From: a virus
DNA: 64,000 nt
Virus record (IMG/VR): IMGVR_UViG_3300009085_000027
Location: 1-64,000 of that record
Reading direction: 5' to 3' (one strand)
Below the pieces are notes generated by a model. That model did not search any database. It was not told where the DNA came from and saw only the letters and a list, made by a program, of their open reading frames with translations. Of this stretch, positions 9,901 to 17,569 are shown in pieces; position 1 is the stretch's first letter, and each line of letters opens with the position of its first letter. The position numbers and the translations under genes were made by a program.

Positions 9901-12900
9901 TGGGCATCGGCTCATGGAGACGGATATGACCCCAGTGGGTTCCACCTTCACTTCCGCCCGTGATGTGTGGGTCGAAGAGTCCGCCAGGCTCGGGGCGGTC
10001 GTCCTTGCCACGAAGTGTACGGGTCGGTCGCTTGATTTCCCCTCGGCTCAGGGCGAGGGTCTCGGCATCAGTCCGCGGAATGATCCGAACGGTGCCTCCC
10101 TCGTTCTTCACGGTCGTGCCCATCGCTGTGAGCATGGCCTCGAACTTCTTGTAGACGAACGGGATCTGGGGCTTGGGTAGAACGGCGGCGCCGTTGGTCA
10201 GAGCGGCCCAGACCGCATGGGCCTGGGACTGGTCCGACTTCAGGGTCTGCATTTCCTTGAGGTTGTCGTGAAGACCAGAGGCTAGAGCCGCATAGATCCC
10301 CAACGAGCCCAAGGACTGAGCTCCGTTGTGCCCACCACCACGAGGGATCTGGGTGTTGGCATCGTAGTGGAGCTTCGGCGTTCCCAGTGCTGGGAAACTC
10401 GGTCCGCCGCTGCGGACGTGGGTCTTCTTATCGATCTGGTGTTCGAGCTGGAACACGTAGTGGGGACCCACAGTGATGTCCCCGAGCTTCCTCCCCGTCT
10501 TGGGGTCGTAGAGAGCTTCTGTGTCCTTCAACCCATGGGACTTGAGCTCGCCCTGCAGCTTCTTCAGGTAGTCGACTCCGCCCTGGAAGTTCTTGACCAC
10601 GTAGGCCTTGCCGGTCTTTTCCGCGATTCGACCCGCGGCTGTCTCCAGGATCTGCCCCGGGTTGATACGACCCGGCACTGACACAGGATTGATCAAGATC
10701 TCAACGTGTTTGGACTCAGCATCATGTGGCATCTCCTTGTCGGGAAGGATGCTGGCCACAATGCCCTTGGCACTGTGCCGGGTCGAGAGCTTCGACCCCA
10801 CCTGGATTGGCTCCAGGGTCTTGACGTGGACCACGATTTGTCCACCCACGTTCTGGGCACGGACCACCTCACCGACATGGTCAGAGTCCCAGACCATGGA
10901 GGCGTTGTCATAGCGCTCACGTAGACGCTTGCCGATCTTTGCAGCGGCTCGAGGGCCCGTGGCGATCAGCCTGGTATCTTCGTTGAGAGCCAGGACGAGT
11001 GGATCCCCGGGATGAACCTTGGTGCCGACCCTAACGATTCCGTCGTCGCCAATCTTGTTGAGCTTGTCCAGGCCAAATACGGTGCCCTTGCTGCGGATAA
11101 AGCTCTTCTTGTCGACGGTGTGGTTGTCGGTGACAAGCATGGAGGGCTTGTGCAAGTGCTCGGAGCTCAGCTTCTTCGCCGCAGACTCGGAGATTACGAT
11201 GCCGTCTTCGTGGTTTGAGCCGTTAGCGATGTAGGCTACGCGGAGGTTAGTGCCGAGAGCGAGCTTGCCGCCCTTGGTGTAGTTGTTGTCTGCGACGATC
11301 TCTCCGGCCTTGACCTTGTCTCCGGGCTTCACCAAAGGTGTGGAGTGGAGTTCACCCTTGCTGTGGTTGGTCGGGTAGTGGTCGTAGAGGTCGACGGTGT
11401 GAGTCCCAGACTTCCCACGGATGACCACCTCGCCGGGCTTCACTGATACCACGACTCCGGCTTCCGGTGACTTTCGGGCCAAGAACCCGGAACCGACGAG
11501 GTCTTCAAAGGTGCGTCCGGCCCCGGCCTCGACCTGGACCTTGGGTGCTTCCCTTCCCGTGATGCTGATGGCCTGCGCCATGTGTCGGGCGCTCATCGTG
11601 CTGCGTCCGGCGCTGTCATTCTGCATGAACGGGACGAGATTGGTCTCCACGGTGAAGACCTGTGTCGCCGACGGCATCACGTAGTGGGCATCACCCCAGG
11701 GTAGGTCGTCACGGATCTGGCCGTGACCATCACTCATCCTGGTGGTCTTCCCCCGCGGCGTTGGCTTGCCGCCCTTCCACACCACCTGGTCTGGGAGGAT
11801 CACGGAGCTCACCGATGCCCTTGCGGCATCGACGTCCTCGAGCTTACCGGTGCGCAGGTTGTAGAGCCGGATGTGCGGCTTTCGATCCTTGACGGTGACT
11901 CCGAAAGCCTTGTGGGTGTTGACCCCGGTGTTGGACTCCGGGGTGTAAACGGGGTCCAAGAATCCGAGGTGGCTGGGGTCCAGGGCGGTGTTGGACTTCG
12001 ACAGTGCGTGCTGATTCTGGATGCCACCAGGCCCGGTGATGGTCACCAGGTTGTTGTCGCTGATCATTGTCAGCGGGTTGGTCTGCTTACCAACGGAGGT
12101 CAGCGACGTGGTGAAGACGTGATTCAGAGGGCGCTGAATCAAGTCAGGCATGAAGACGTCACGAAGGACCTGACGATCTCCAGAGGCTAGACGGCGTTGA
12201 ACCGTGGGCTTGCTCAAAGCCTGCTGGACTCGGCGGGTGATTTCCGGGGAGGCCTGAGCGATACGCTCCATGAAGTGGTCCTTGGCCGACCACAACTCCT
12301 TGTACCGAAGGCTGTCGATTGGGTCGGGATCTTTGCGACCCGCACTGACATCCAAGAGCTTCTTCGACGCCTCAAAGAGAAGGGCGGCATTGACCTGAGA
12401 GGTACGCACCCCGAGATTGGCATGAGCCACTTCGGGGTCCAGCTTCGTGGACTCAAAAATCGCGTGGGTCTCATTGCGAAGATCTGCGGTGCTCGCCGGA
12501 GCTTCCTTCCGCCACACCTCGTAAAGGGACCGAAGGTTCTTGTCCACACTGGCCTTGGACTTCGAGGCGTGGAAGGTGGACTCACCCCAGGCCTTCTTCA
12601 TGGCCTCATCCGTCACACCCATTGTGCTGAGTACGGAGTAGAGCGGGATCTTGCGGGACCCCACCTTCATGTGGATGTACCCGGACTCATCGAGCTGTAC
12701 GTCGAAGCTCCTGCCTTTGGCGAGCTGGAACTGGGCTTCGTACTCCCCTGGCTTCTCCGTGGCCTTGACGTAAGCACCTGGACGAAGACGCCACTGGTTC
12801 GCGATGGACTTCTCCTGCCCACCCATGATGTAGGAGTAGTGCCTGGTGAGCTTGGGGATCTTAGCGATCAGGGCATTGGGACGAGACACCACCGTCTTGT

Positions 12901-13141
12901 TCTCTTTGGTGTCAACGACCTCGATGGTCCCCAGGACTGGTACAGCCCAGGACTTACCCTCCAGCCGGGCCTTGGCCTGACCCTTGATGTCATCCGTGCC
13001 CAGGTGATCATCTACAGTAAGTCCGCTTACGCGAACCTCGAATCGACCAGACCGATCTTTGATCGGAAAGGTCCCACTGATCTGTGTGAGGAGTTGTTCC
13101 TTGAGCTCCTCGAACTGGGCTTTTGGGTCGGAGGTGAGCAC
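6923..13141 (-). CDS. rpoBC: DNA-directed RNA polymerase, fused beta+beta' single polypeptide
   Basis: beta motifs QTNPL..GPGG, NHEDGIVISE, GSKLSTRHSAKG, NPVSVPGRINPGQILE; beta' motifs GLFDP, VPVIPPIFRP, KKQDYTSRATI, catalytic NADIDGD (8921-8941), bridge helix GARRAL..GYMSKLL, Zn site RSPLKC..CSKC, trigger loop AAQALGERAAQLMLRQTHGGG. Confidence 0.97.
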   Translation of the reverse strand: MLTSDPKAQFEELKEQLLTQISGTFPIKDRSGRFEVRVSGLTVDDHLGTDDIKGQAKARLEGKSWAVPVLGTIEVVDTKENKTVVSRPNALIAKIPKLTRHYSYIMGGQEKSIANQWRLRPGAYVKATEKPGEYEAQFQLAKGRSFDVQLDESGYIHMKVGSRKIPLYSVLSTMGVTDEAMKKAWGESTFHASKSKASVDKNLRSLYEVWRKEAPASTADLRNETHAIFESTKLDPEVAHANLGVRTSQVNAALLFEASKKLLDVSAGRKDPDPIDSLRYKELWSAKDHFMERIAQASPEITRRVQQALSKPTVQRRLASGDRQVLRDVFMPDLIQRPLNHVFTTSLTSVGKQTNPLTMISDNNLVTITGPGGIQNQHALSKSNTALDPSHLGFLDPVYTPESNTGVNTHKAFGVTVKDRKPHIRLYNLRTGKLEDVDAARASVSSVILPDQVVWKGGKPTPRGKTTRMSDGHGQIRDDLPWGDAHYVMPSATQVFTVETNLVPFMQNDSAGRSTMSARHMAQAISITGREAPKVQVEAGAGRTFEDLVGSGFLARKSPEAGVVVSVKPGEVVIRGKSGTHTVDLYDHYPTNHSKGELHSTPLVKPGDKVKAGEIVADNNYTKGGKLALGTNLRVAYIANGSNHEDGIVISESAAKKLSSEHLHKPSMLVTDNHTVDKKSFIRSKGTVFGLDKLNKIGDDGIVRVGTKVHPGDPLVLALNEDTRLIATGPRAAAKIGKRLRERYDNASMVWDSDHVGEVVRAQNVGGQIVVHVKTLEPIQVGSKLSTRHSAKGIVASILPDKEMPHDAESKHVEILINPVSVPGRINPGQILETAAGRIAEKTGKAYVVKNFQGGVDYLKKLQGELKSHGLKDTEALYDPKTGRKLGDITVGPHYVFQLEHQIDKKTHVRSGGPSFPALGTPKLHYDANTQIPRGGGHNGAQSLGSLGIYAALASGLHDNLKEMQTLKSDQSQAHAVWAALTNGAAVLPKPQIPFVYKKFEAMLTAMGTTVKNEGGTVRIIPRTDAETLALSRGEIKRPTRTLRGKDDRPEPGGLFDPHITGGSEGGTHWGHIRLHEPMPNPIHARAISRVLGIQEADISDIIEGKKKLPGGQYGGRGFREALSKINVDKELKDAKDALKDPKIKEAALEKAHFKYHALRTLKELGVKPADAWTIQNVPVIPPIFRPQTTKPDGTINNNPLNALYRRLGVTNESLKHGEKIPFNATLDAQAGLYQELRNLFGTTPKGKKALDLDMRGTREDRSKKLPGILHMLSGEQPKDGFFQDKIIAKKQDYTSRATITVDPDLGVDEVGVPKKIAAELYRPFIVSRLIRSGVPGDKAQIMVSQKAPLAIKALEQEIKNRPLLMKRDPVLHQYGLVGQNVKLTDDPAVKLSPLVLPPLNADIDGDTVALMVPLTHAAVEETRRIVPSQRIISESSGDVLYAPSNESALALYRMSVPRGAAKGKAFKTKDEAEKAFKESRVQLNETIHIQGVGDTTLGRARVAAVVPEKYRTRILTDLKAPFDKKFQAEILHDTAKSQPKHFVELADNLSRLGFQMAYESGHTVTLKDLEPLRDKRDQIVAAAQKKVNPLMAQGKTDEVTQHWLDATRKLHDTYSTHFANHPTNVSDMAVSGIKAKREQYQGLVMAPMLVEDHLGRPSKVPITKSFAEGIDLGGYFLQAAGARRALIQKTDSVREPGYMSKLLVQANIDQPITGADCGTPQGMLMPIKNKDVVDRHLAAPLKLGAREVPAGTVVTPDLLAHAEKAKVDRILVRSPLKCRMPHGVCSKCMGVHPSGGDYHMGENVGIIAAQALGERAAQLMLRQTHGGGIVSTKGTGMDEFSDVHRLFAASKRSREDAAVAPSTGVVSSVEKTRQGTWNIYIDKKKNPLVSRQRTLDHVKPGYSFSKGEVLTHGEPNIHDLLSTKGLDAVQSHMVDRIGGIYGREGVLRRHAELAVRTATSVVRVQDPGAHDSYVRGDFVTKPVLDEINRTVLKGKKPIEYESHLIPASMIPLRSQPDWMGRLQGERITQSVLTAIQHGHTSTPGGRHPIPGLAIGVAAGRAYGTAQDKPHG

Positions 13142-13177
13142 GGGTTGAGTTTACTCGCCTTGAAACGACAGGGTCAA
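13142..13177 (-). promoter_or_regulatory. sigma70-type leaderless promoter of the RNAP operon
   Basis: TTGACC (13177-13172), 18 nt, TAAACT (13153-13148), 6 nt, GTG start; no SD. Confidence 0.7.
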
Positions 13178-13194
13178 CGCGGGTCTCATCCATC

Positions 13195-13211
13195 CTATCA
13201 GATTGTGGAGG
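13195..13211 (+). promoter_or_regulatory. CTATCAG-N5-GGAGG motif (candidate phage promoter plus SD)
   Basis: Same arrangement at 23998 and 40649. Confidence 0.45.
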
Positions 13212-13216
13212 TATTC

Positions 13217-13345
13217 ATGTTAGATCCAGCCGAAGACAGCCTAAGCGACTATGAGTCGTCGCTGTCTGACGCCCTTTTCTGGGACATCGAAGACACCGGG
13301 GACAGTGACGATTCAGAGTCCGAGGACGAGAAAGACGGGGACTAG
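13217..13345 (+). CDS. 42-aa highly acidic peptide
   Basis: GGAGG SD 5 nt before ATG; 18 of 42 residues are D/E. Confidence 0.65.
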   Translation: MLDPAEDSLSDYESSLSDALFWDIEDTGDSDDSESEDEKDGD

Positions 13346-13348
13346 CCA

Positions 13349-13444
13349 GTGGCATCAATCTTGATTTGGAGTTTCGTGGGTGGGTTCCTTGCCGGTCTGC
13401 TGGACGGTTTCCGTGAGTCTGGGATCTGGAGTTTGTTCGGATGA
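13349..13444 (+). CDS. 31-aa hydrophobic peptide
   Basis: GTG start, MASILIWSFVGGFLAGLLDGFRESGIWSLFG; stop overlaps the next ATG (ATGA). Confidence 0.5.
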   Translation: MASILIWSFVGGFLAGLLDGFRESGIWSLFG

Positions 13445-13791
13445 AGTCCAAGGCATCCAGGGATCCGAGCGTTGAAATCAACACGCCGGAATGCCTGTGC
13501 TGTGCCGACCAACTGGAGCTACACGAGGAGTCCTTCGTCATGCTCCGTGGCGTTTGGATGATCTCTTCGGGGACGGGTCTACCAATCTTCGTATTGGACC
13601 CAGACACCGGGAACATCTGGGACAAGCTACCAAACGGTCAGACCGTGATCGTCACAGATTACTTTGGACCCACGAAGCACGCCCACAAGGAATGCGTCGA
13701 GCGCCTGATCGACGAGGAGCTCGATGACGGGGTCACAGACTCCGATGGTTTTGACGATGACTACGCCAACCTGGATACCGATCGGTACTGA
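13441..13791 (+). CDS. hypothetical Zn-finger protein with acidic tail
   Basis: CLCC...HKEC; D/E-rich C-terminus. Confidence 0.65.
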   Translation: MKSKASRDPSVEINTPECLCCADQLELHEESFVMLRGVWMISSGTGLPIFVLDPDTGNIWDKLPNGQTVIVTDYFGPTKHAHKECVERLIDEELDDGVTDSDGFDDDYANLDTDRY

Positions 13792-13793
13792 GA

Positions 13794-14930
13794 ATGTATA
13801 ACTACTCCCAAACCAAAGAACTTGTTCGACGCGAGCTACTGGCCCAAAACGCGGCTGTGGTGGCCAGGTCTTCTCAGGCCCTCAACATCCCACTCCTCCT
13901 GGGTCCTGTGGGTGGTGGCAAGACCAGTATCGCTCGGGGATTCGCTATCGAGTTCGGGCTCCAGCTCTGCGCCATCAACTCGGGAGAGAACTCCGATGCC
14001 ACGGACCTGAGTGGTGTCCCGGTCCCGTCTAGAATCGTGTCGAAGGAAGACAAGATCCCCTACATGCAATGGGTCTTGAACCGCTACGCCGCTACGGCTT
14101 GCTCGGAGCCGGTGTTTCTGTTCTTCGACGACTTGGACAAAGCACCCCCGCCGGTGCAGAGCGCACTACTCGGCATCACAGCCACCCGGATGTTCCGGGA
14201 CCAAAAAATACACCCCGGCACACTCATCATGGGGGCCGGCAACCGCATTGATGACGACATCAATGCGAATGAGATCTCTGAGTCCCTGCGAACCAGGATG
14301 ACCATCATCGAGATGTCACCGGATGTCATCTCATTCTCCAACTACGGTGTCAGCAGCGGAGAAATCCATCCCGCCGTGATTGGCTACCTGCAGTACAAAC
14401 CAGAGCACCTCTACAAGCACGAAACCGGTGTCAATCGATTCCCCTGCCCCCGTGGGTGGTGGGAAGTGTCCCAGCAGTTCAGGCTCTTTCCAGATGCTGA
14501 GGAAGACCTCTTCAGCAATGGAGCCAAGGACAACTGGAAAGGTATCGTTGACCGCAAGTGTGGTTCCCACATCGGCAATGACTTCTGGGCCTGGTACCAG
14601 GTCATCTCCAAGGTCGATATCAAGGGGATCCTCTCCGGGTCTTCTCGGCTTCAACAGGGCTCGGACAATGACCGCAGGATGTCGCAGTTCGCGGCGATCT
14701 TCGCCATCTCACAGGAGCTCAACCTGCGTGGGGTGAAGGCCGAGTACATCGGGCTGCCCACATTCGTCACGGACCTAGATCCTGAGATGCGGGTAGCGTT
14801 TGTCGTGCAGATCTCTCAGAAGGTGAGGGTCAGCATCTCCACGATGTTCCCCGCCGCAGCCAACACCATGATGGCTCAGATCGTTCAGTCACAGAACGGG
14901 AAGAGTCGTCTCCAAGGGGCCACCCCATGA
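13794..14930 (+). CDS. MoxR-like AAA+ ATPase
   Basis: GPVGGGKTS, DLSGVP, LFFDDLDKA, GAGNR, LRTRM, CPRGW. Confidence 0.85.
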   Translation: MYNYSQTKELVRRELLAQNAAVVARSSQALNIPLLLGPVGGGKTSIARGFAIEFGLQLCAINSGENSDATDLSGVPVPSRIVSKEDKIPYMQWVLNRYAATACSEPVFLFFDDLDKAPPPVQSALLGITATRMFRDQKIHPGTLIMGAGNRIDDDINANEISESLRTRMTIIEMSPDVISFSNYGVSSGEIHPAVIGYLQYKPEHLYKHETGVNRFPCPRGWWEVSQQFRLFPDAEEDLFSNGAKDNWKGIVDRKCGSHIGNDFWAWYQVISKVDIKGILSGSSRLQQGSDNDRRMSQFAAIFAISQELNLRGVKAEYIGLPTFVTDLDPEMRVAFVVQISQKVRVSISTMFPAAANTMMAQIVQSQNGKSRLQGATP

Positions 14931-16150
14931 TAAACAAGGCCAGCATCACAAACCGGGACGCGCATGAGGCAGTGCATGGCGCGATCACCGAGTTGATGAT
15001 GCGATTCCCCCTTGCAGGACTATCCTGCTTGGGGGAGGCCGTTGTGATCGAGGAATGCAGCCATGCTGACAGCCTCAACACCGACGGCCGTTCCATCAGG
15101 TATTCACCGCATTGGATCATGCAGTCCACACACCGGGGTCGTATTTTTGATCTCCTCCATGAGTGGCTGCACATCTTCTTCAACCACGTTTTGAGGTGTC
15201 AGGACAGAAACCCCGAGGTGTGGAACATGGCCTGCGACATCATCGTTGTGGCCGAGGCCTGCAGGGTTCTATCCACCCCCAACGACACGTGGGAGCCACC
15301 CACAGACGGGGTGATACCTCCACCGTGGTCTGTGGGGCTCACCACTGAAGAGATCTATGACAAACTGGTGTCGAACCCACAGTCCAAGCCCCAGCCGAAG
15401 AGGCCAAAACCAGAAGGCACCGACACGCCTTCGATTCAGGACTCATCCGACCTGAACTATGCCGGGGCCAAGGCCCTGGAAGCCAACCCGGAAAAGGAAG
15501 ACGAGTTCTACCGCAAGTTCTCTTCCGAGCTGGCCCAGGCCAACCTGGTAATGCAGCAGATCTCGAACAAGAGCTCTGAAGACCTGTATGGCCCGGTGAT
15601 TGGGTCGCGACTGAACCAAGTGCTACGCGGCAAGATCCCTTGGAGTCGCCTGTTGAAGGGCGACATGCTGAAAGCCTTGGGGGATGAGTTCACGTCGTAC
15701 TCACCACCAAAGATGAGGTACTACCCAGAAATCATTCTTCCGACACTGAAGTCTCGACAGGAGAAGACACTTCTCATCGCCATCGACGACTCAGCCAGCG
15801 TCGGGGAGCGTCTGCACCGCGAGTTCGTAGCCAATGTCATGCCTGCTGCGAACCGAGCGGAGTGGACTGTAGTAGTCACCTTCGATCAGATCATTCGAGA
15901 GACCATACGAACCAGGAAGCCGAAGGACATCATGAAGCAGGCCAAGTTCCTCAGTGGCATCCACTCCTGCACTGATGTGAGGCCGGTGTTCGAGTTGGCC
16001 AAGACAGTGAAGCCGTCGGCGATCGCTATCCTCACCGACGGCTTCCTCTCGATACCAGACAAGCCAGTGCCCAACACGTTGTGGTGCATTCCCACCAATG
16101 GAAAATCCCAGCCCTGGGGGAAGAACTACGTCATGGACATTACATGGTGA
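14927..16150 (+). CDS. metallopeptidase-VWA protein (DUF2201-like)
   Basis: TDG, HEWLH zincin motif, WNMACD; VWA MIDAS-like IDDSAS and LTDG. Confidence 0.85.
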   Translation: MINKASITNRDAHEAVHGAITELMMRFPLAGLSCLGEAVVIEECSHADSLNTDGRSIRYSPHWIMQSTHRGRIFDLLHEWLHIFFNHVLRCQDRNPEVWNMACDIIVVAEACRVLSTPNDTWEPPTDGVIPPPWSVGLTTEEIYDKLVSNPQSKPQPKRPKPEGTDTPSIQDSSDLNYAGAKALEANPEKEDEFYRKFSSELAQANLVMQQISNKSSEDLYGPVIGSRLNQVLRGKIPWSRLLKGDMLKALGDEFTSYSPPKMRYYPEIILPTLKSRQEKTLLIAIDDSASVGERLHREFVANVMPAANRAEWTVVVTFDQIIRETIRTRKPKDIMKQAKFLSGIHSCTDVRPVFELAKTVKPSAIAILTDGFLSIPDKPVPNTLWCIPTNGKSQPWGKNYVMDITW

Positions 16151-17520
16151 TTGATCTTATCGAAAGTGCTGCAAAGCAGATGATTTCTGATCGCATGTGT
16201 GCTGTGTACAGCACACATGAGCATAAGACCTGGGATGCGATACTTCTAGCTCTGGGGGAGAAGGCGAAGCCAACACTAGGTGGTTTGTTGAGCCGTGCAA
16301 TCCCTGAGCGAAGCATGACGAAGTACGTCGAGTTCGGTATCCACCCAAGCGGCGCTATGGATTACGAACTTCCGGTGGAGCACTACTCCAAGGGCCGACT
16401 CATGCAGTCGCACCCCATTCATCTCACCGCGATGTTTGGGGGCGTACTGCGTAGCCCTGGTGAAGCCAAGCGGATGTATGCGGAGCACCTCGGGATGAGA
16501 CAGCAGAACTTGGATGCGTCCAGGGGCATTCCCAAGAACCCGAGATACCCGACTCCGACCTTCCATGGCTTGTGGGGTCAAACCCACGTCCCTGGTTTCT
16601 CGGCAGAAGACTGCGGCATCGAACCACTGGAGTTTGATGATGCTGTCGACAACATCCACTTCGCGGCGTGGTACACCCAGCCCAGTGTTCGAGCCATTGT
16701 GGAGCGGCGCTTGACCACGGATCAGATCCTAACCTTGATCTACATCACAGAGTACAGCTCTACGACCTGGAGGACTGAACTGCAGAGTGTGGTCTACGCA
16801 TCTACGATGCGGGACTGTACTTCTGACAGGGGTGGGAGCTTCCATTACGCAGCCCTAGCCGAGCTCCTTGGGTTCTGTACCCCGGAAAAGGCCAGGGACG
16901 TCATGGATCGCCTCAAGGGGGCGAGACGAGTTCTGCTCATCACAAGGCCCGACTCCACAACCAAAGACATGACCAATGGGCTTCGCGCGTTGGCCACCAC
17001 CAACAATGAGGAGACCCTCGCACTGTTGTCCCGCCTGGGCAGAACCCCAGCATTCGAGGAGCTCTCTGCAGTCAAGGGTCGTGGGCTGGTCGACATACTC
17101 TACTACATGCCGTGGGAGCATCTCGAAGCCATGCTTCAGAGAGACGAAGACAGGATTCGTGGACTCCTGCTACGTCATGTCGATGGCGACTCGATCAGCA
17201 AGGTATCAGTGTGCTTGGTCGATCACAGGCATAGAAGGATATCGGCGAAGTACAGATCGAAGGGGTTGGACTCGAACTGGTCTACGCACTATACCGCCCT
17301 GGCGACACAGTACACCGCATGTAGAGATCTACGCAGCAAGCTCCTGTCTGCTACGGGGTCCCCCTTCGTTGCTGTGATGGCGGCACTAGACGTACTCGAC
17401 GACAAAGCCGACATGATCAGGTCCATGCTACAGAAGCACCCCGACTACCCCAAGATCGAGTCTGTTCAGTCCGAGTATCGCGCACTGCCCACCGATGCGC
17501 TGAGTAGTTTTCGCGGGTGA
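16144..17520 (+). CDS. hypothetical protein
   Basis: Long ORF; in-frame ATG 16144 overlaps the upstream gene end. Confidence 0.7.
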   Translation: MVIDLIESAAKQMISDRMCAVYSTHEHKTWDAILLALGEKAKPTLGGLLSRAIPERSMTKYVEFGIHPSGAMDYELPVEHYSKGRLMQSHPIHLTAMFGGVLRSPGEAKRMYAEHLGMRQQNLDASRGIPKNPRYPTPTFHGLWGQTHVPGFSAEDCGIEPLEFDDAVDNIHFAAWYTQPSVRAIVERRLTTDQILTLIYITEYSSTTWRTELQSVVYASTMRDCTSDRGGSFHYAALAELLGFCTPEKARDVMDRLKGARRVLLITRPDSTTKDMTNGLRALATTNNEETLALLSRLGRTPAFEELSAVKGRGLVDILYYMPWEHLEAMLQRDEDRIRGLLLRHVDGDSISKVSVCLVDHRHRRISAKYRSKGLDSNWSTHYTALATQYTACRDLRSKLLSATGSPFVAVMAALDVLDDKADMIRSMLQKHPDYPKIESVQSEYRALPTDALSSFRG

Positions 17521-17541
17521 TGGGGTAGTTTCGGTGGTGAG

Positions 17542-17568
17542 AGAAGAGGCCTCTGGGCCTCTTCTTTG
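17542..17568. terminator. probable bidirectional intrinsic terminator
   Basis: AGAAGAGGCC-tctg-GGCCTCTTCT perfect 10-bp stem between convergent genes. Confidence 0.75.
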
Positions 17569-17569
17569 T

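Noticed and set aside
6923-13141. Bacterial chromosomal rpoBC locus or assembly chimera
   Set aside because: No rplL/rpsL context, strongly diverged motifs, and the stop overlaps a phage spike gene
12197-13216. 382-aa plus-strand ORF opposite the RNAP gene
   Set aside because: Shadow ORF of a GC-rich gene; only its last 42 codons (SD-led ATG 13217) look like a real gene
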